DNA of 55,534 nucleotides, the filler included, from Perkinsus olseni (lineage: Eukaryota): the NCBI GenBank assembly GCA_013115125.1. It is 4 parts of 4 records of this genome, joined end to end, with 100 filler letters (N's around TTAATTAATTAA, not from the genome) between each part and the next. Parts side by side here need not be neighbours in the genome. Positions count along the whole stretch, not along the records: positions 41,765 to 55,534 come from JABANN010000744.1; 3 more parts are not named here. One strand, given 5' to 3'. The notes beneath the pieces were generated by a model. The model ran no database searches. It was not told where the DNA came from and was given only the letters and a program-made list of their open reading frames with translations. Shown piece after piece: positions 51,865 through 55,534 of this stretch. Numbering within the stretch: position 1 is the stretch's first letter; every line of letters starts with the position of its first letter. The translations under genes and the position numbers were made by a program.

Positions 51865-54440
51865 ACTTTATCTGTTATTTACATTCTACTGTACTTTCCC
51901 ACCCTTCTTGGTATCTTCTTCTTCAATACAATTGGGCACCCTGTCATTCATGCATCACGATATAACCGCATTTCAATGATTCATTCATACAGTAGCTTCC
52001 TCGACCACCTTAGTAGTATCGATAAAAGTATAACTGTTATTATCGTTATGGTAATCGTCGGTATCAGGTACAATGATCGGTATGACATTATGTGGGTGGA
52101 GAGTATTACAGATAATACATGCACATCCTAGAATAGCTCTTCTCGAGATGGTGAGATCAGAATAATATCAAAATATTGTAAGAACAGATATTACAATAAT
52201 CTAGTGAGAATAAGCGTATCTGTGAATCATATTCTAGTCTCACTAGATTATTGTAATATCTGTTCTTATGATAGTATTCTCACTGGATTATTGTAATATC
52301 TGTTCTTATGNNNNNNNNNNNNNNNNNNNNNNNNNNNNNNNNNNNNNNNNNNNNNNNNNNNNNNNNNNNNNNNNNNNNNNNNNNNNNNNNNNNNNNNNNN
52401 NNNNNNNNNNTGTAATATCTGTTCTTATGATAGTATTCTCACTGGATTATTGTAATATCTGTTCTTATGATAGTATTCTCACTGGATTATCGATTAGTGC
52501 ACATCATTGTTTTCCCATTCTCCTTCTCGTTGTCGTTGTTGTTGTTGTTGTTGTTGTCGTTGTTGTTGTCGTTGTCGTTGTCGTTGTTGTTGTTCTTCTG
52601 TCAGACCTTTGATTTTGCTGGTCCTCATCTCATCAATTTCATAACGATATTATCCATAATCCTGATGTTATTCGCACAAATCGGTAACTGGAGTATTGGT
52701 TCCTCATTCCCACCCTTCAATAGTTTATTCCATGCTCTACGTGCAGAAGTAATAATAATAATGCTCTTCATGCTTCTGTCATTGATAATTCAGAAGTGTT
52801 CAGCAGGTACAAATGATGATTGGAGTATGGCCATTTGATGAAGCATTAGATGAATCAATTAATAAGGAGTTCATATTCCTGTGATGATGATGATGATAAA
52901 TAAAATGATACTAATACGGCGTTTCTCTCATCATTCTCATTGCAGGTATTATATGATATTTGGTCTAGTGTGTTACTTTATTATGATAACACTATTTCTT
53001 GTTATAGTATTGGATGCCTTTCAACAATATAAAAGAGTGATCGAAGAGAACGTAGTGGAGGGTAACTTCATATCCGACATGTAGTAAAGATAACCGCATC
53101 TGCTTCCTCCTTCTTATTCGTAGCATCATCATCATCATTATATAATGATGATCATTTTATCATGATCATCTTCGCTCGTGCAGCATTTCTCAACTTGCAA
53201 GGGAGATGGTATAGAGCTCACCATTAGCCTGAGATTGGTATTCATTATATACTCGTTGTTGTGATCCTCTTTCCACCCTCCTCCTCCTCTCAGAGGTGTA
53301 TGTCTACGATATTGGATGAGGAGAAGGAAAGATCTGCTCATTAGTATTTGCTGGCCATCTCGATTGCATGTTGCAGAAGCACTCAAGATCATCAAATCTG
53401 CAACTCCTGTAAATTTGCCAGCATCATTGTTTCGTATCGCTAGAAGTTGATTATAATTCTGTGCACTTTTTAGAAGTCTATGCGACATTATGTCACTTGT
53501 GAAGATGTCAACAAGCTTCTCTGTTCTCAAAATCATCCTCATACGGATGCATGCTATGGTGATGATGATAGTGGCATTGGAGATGGCGGGACAAGAGGAC
53601 CAATAGAAGAAGAAGAATTATATAATGCTTTATCAAAATACTCACATCAAGGAGTCGAGAGAATGTGGAACTTCTATTCTCAACAGTTTCGTGGTGACCA
53701 TCATCATAGTGAGAGAGTAGAATCTATAACGGGTAAGGGCTCGGACATTAAAGTTGACGACATCGTCGTATCAGGGACGACTCCTAAGGCTGGTCAACAC
53801 TACCCAACACCTTCCGCCCTCGATCTTCCTTTATCTCCGGCCCACGGCTTTTTACACCCTCATTTTGCTGTTGATGCTCACCGATGGGCTATTAAAAGCA
53901 GAAAAATCACCAAGGATATTGATGGAGTAAATTAATGATGATCAGCGGCTTCAACAAGCGAAATCTAATCTTCTGTCATCATCATTTCCAGATTCTACGG
54001 AAGAAGCTGAACAATCTCACCTGTCTTCTGCATTCCGTTTCTCAGCATTTGGGAGATGAATGTGACAAAATGGATAAGATGCATAAAAAGTCATTGATAG
54101 AACATACAACACGTCTGTATAGCGACGTTCAGAAGTATCATCTCAGGAAGGATATAGTTGTCAATCAAACAGTTGTAATATCCGACTCTCCTTAACCTTG
54201 GTAATCCTGCTAGCCCATCACTAGTAGGATATAGTAGTCTTGAAGAACAAAGGCCCGAAAAATCGCACTATGTTTCAGGTTGGAATGTACGAAGAGGAAG
54301 AAGACAAAATTCTAAGGAGGATAGCTCTGGAGGTGAGTATAATACGATCTCTCCCCCCTTGCTGTCACTGCATCTTGGGATGTATTTTCGAGGTAAGTGT
54401 GCAAGGACGCCGGATTGCTGACTGCGTAGAGCGTGGTTGA
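48426..54440 (+). CDS. Polycystin-2 (TRPP/PKD2)-like cation channel, many exons; boundaries approximate
   Basis: WLGQDTAMIKIRVSFYHPTSAIFT (TOP-domain-like), S5 HLINFITILSIILMLFAQIG, pore FNSLFHAL...QMMIG.W and S6 YYMIFGLVCYFIMITLFLVIVLDAF. Confidence 0.65.
52179..52490. repeat. Intronic 31-bp perfect inverted repeat followed by a 40-bp tandem array spanning an N gap
   Basis: 52179-52209 is the reverse complement of 52238-52268; unit atagtattctcactggattattgtaatatctgttcttatg repeats to 52490. Confidence 0.85.
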
Positions 54441-54460
54441 CCTGCTCCCACGCCATCGCA

Positions 54461-54590
54461 GTGTGCGACATATGTTTCGCCGGAGAGTTGCTTTTCGTGC
54501 ATGCACATGATATGTTGCAATGAACGCGCCTAGCTTTCCATCTGCCCTAGTTGCCGAGTTACGTGCGGAAGGGTCCGACGCATTGAAAAC
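54461..54590 (+). pseudogene. Degenerate RING-HC finger remnant
   Basis: VCDICFAGE, then a frameshift to SCMHMICCNERA*LSICPSCRVTCGRVRRI. Confidence 0.4.
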
Positions 54591-55534
54591 CGCATTGTCA
54601 CTATGAAATAACCAGAGATATACGACCGAGAGTGGTTCAACGGGAATGCCTTGTGTGAATCACTGCTCTCATTTAAAGCAGTACAGAGTTAGAAGTATTA
54701 GGCAATCATAATCGGCTCCCGCGAGGAGGAGGACTCTCACAACGTTCTCTGGCACGTTTCGTTCCGCGTTTGTGTACGCTACTACGTTGCGTATGGAGTT
54801 CGCTTGAACTACTTTTGCTCTTCCCTGGGACTTGTTCAGCTTCGTCTCGAAGCTCGAGTTTCCCTTGGATTTGGGCTCCTGTACCACTTGGACTGTCTCC
54901 CTATGTATTTTTGCCTTAGGATTACGTTCATTTAATTGCTGAGCTTGGATTACAAGGACTTTCGGGTCCTTTCGGATTTCTCTGCTGAGTTCTTCTGTGG
55001 GTTAACACCCTCAGGCCTTGACTGCTGCAACCTCTTACTGACTTGGGTTCTTTAGTGACTCGGGAAGTACCCTCAACGAAGACGCTCACAAGGTGGAGCT
55101 TGCTCGCCCGCAATAGATCAGCTTTGTACTCGCTTACCCCCATTAGCTGTGGGGAACTGGCAAATCGCTCATCATTGAGTTCGGACTTATTGACTAGTAC
55201 ATATATATACAGATATTATTATCGTCATTTCCTTATGAATGACCCGGATTTTGGAACGGATACTGAGTCGTCACTGGGAAGGACCGTGCTTGAGCCCCAA
55301 GACGCTACACCTCGGCTTTTCCATGCGAATGAGCGATTCTGTTTCCGTTTTGCTCACTACCACAACAGGAAGGGAGTTCCCGTTGGTTCCGTTGATAATA
55401 CTTGCACACTGGCATTTCGTAAACACACTCACTGTCAACTCGAGCATTATGTGTACAGGCATTCTAAAGGCCTGTCTATACCCAGACTAAGGCCATGATC
55501 GATATCCTGAGCCAGCGTCACATCTTTGTCACGC

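Overview
Eukaryotic protist DNA. Very short introns, ApiAP2-type domains, compact divergent gene pairs and the gene families point to an alveolate, most likely Perkinsus (inference). The window is not one continuous locus. It is four ~13.8-kb contigs joined by artificial N44-TTAATTAATTAA-N44 linkers at 13840, 27763 and 41665, so adjacency across linkers means nothing. Contig 1 has four tandem UbiG/COQ3-like methyltransferases sharing a homogenised DNA core, an AP2-domain locus, a TilS-like PP-loop gene and a secreted protein. Contig 2 (microsatellite-rich) has a PSTAIRE CDK, a POT peptide transporter, a TTLL polyglutamylase and a partial Tubby gene. Contig 3 has a partial Atg22-like MFS gene, a tetraspanin-like gene, ACBP, DUF1294, an SH3b-like adaptor, an AIFM2/FSP1-like oxidoreductase, an RRM/WW gene and a partial AFG3/FtsH gene. 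Contig 4 has a composite repeat element, PKA-C, M18 aminopeptidase, a mitochondrial carrier and a polycystin-2-like channel. The best non-coding discovery is a CRISPR-looking repeat/spacer array at 35.4-36.2 kb. It reads as a polycistronic snoRNA cluster: at least 4 copies of a dual-guide SNORD38/snR61-type C/D snoRNA interleaved with two H/ACA candidates. Exon boundaries were read by eye, and several gene ends are approximate.
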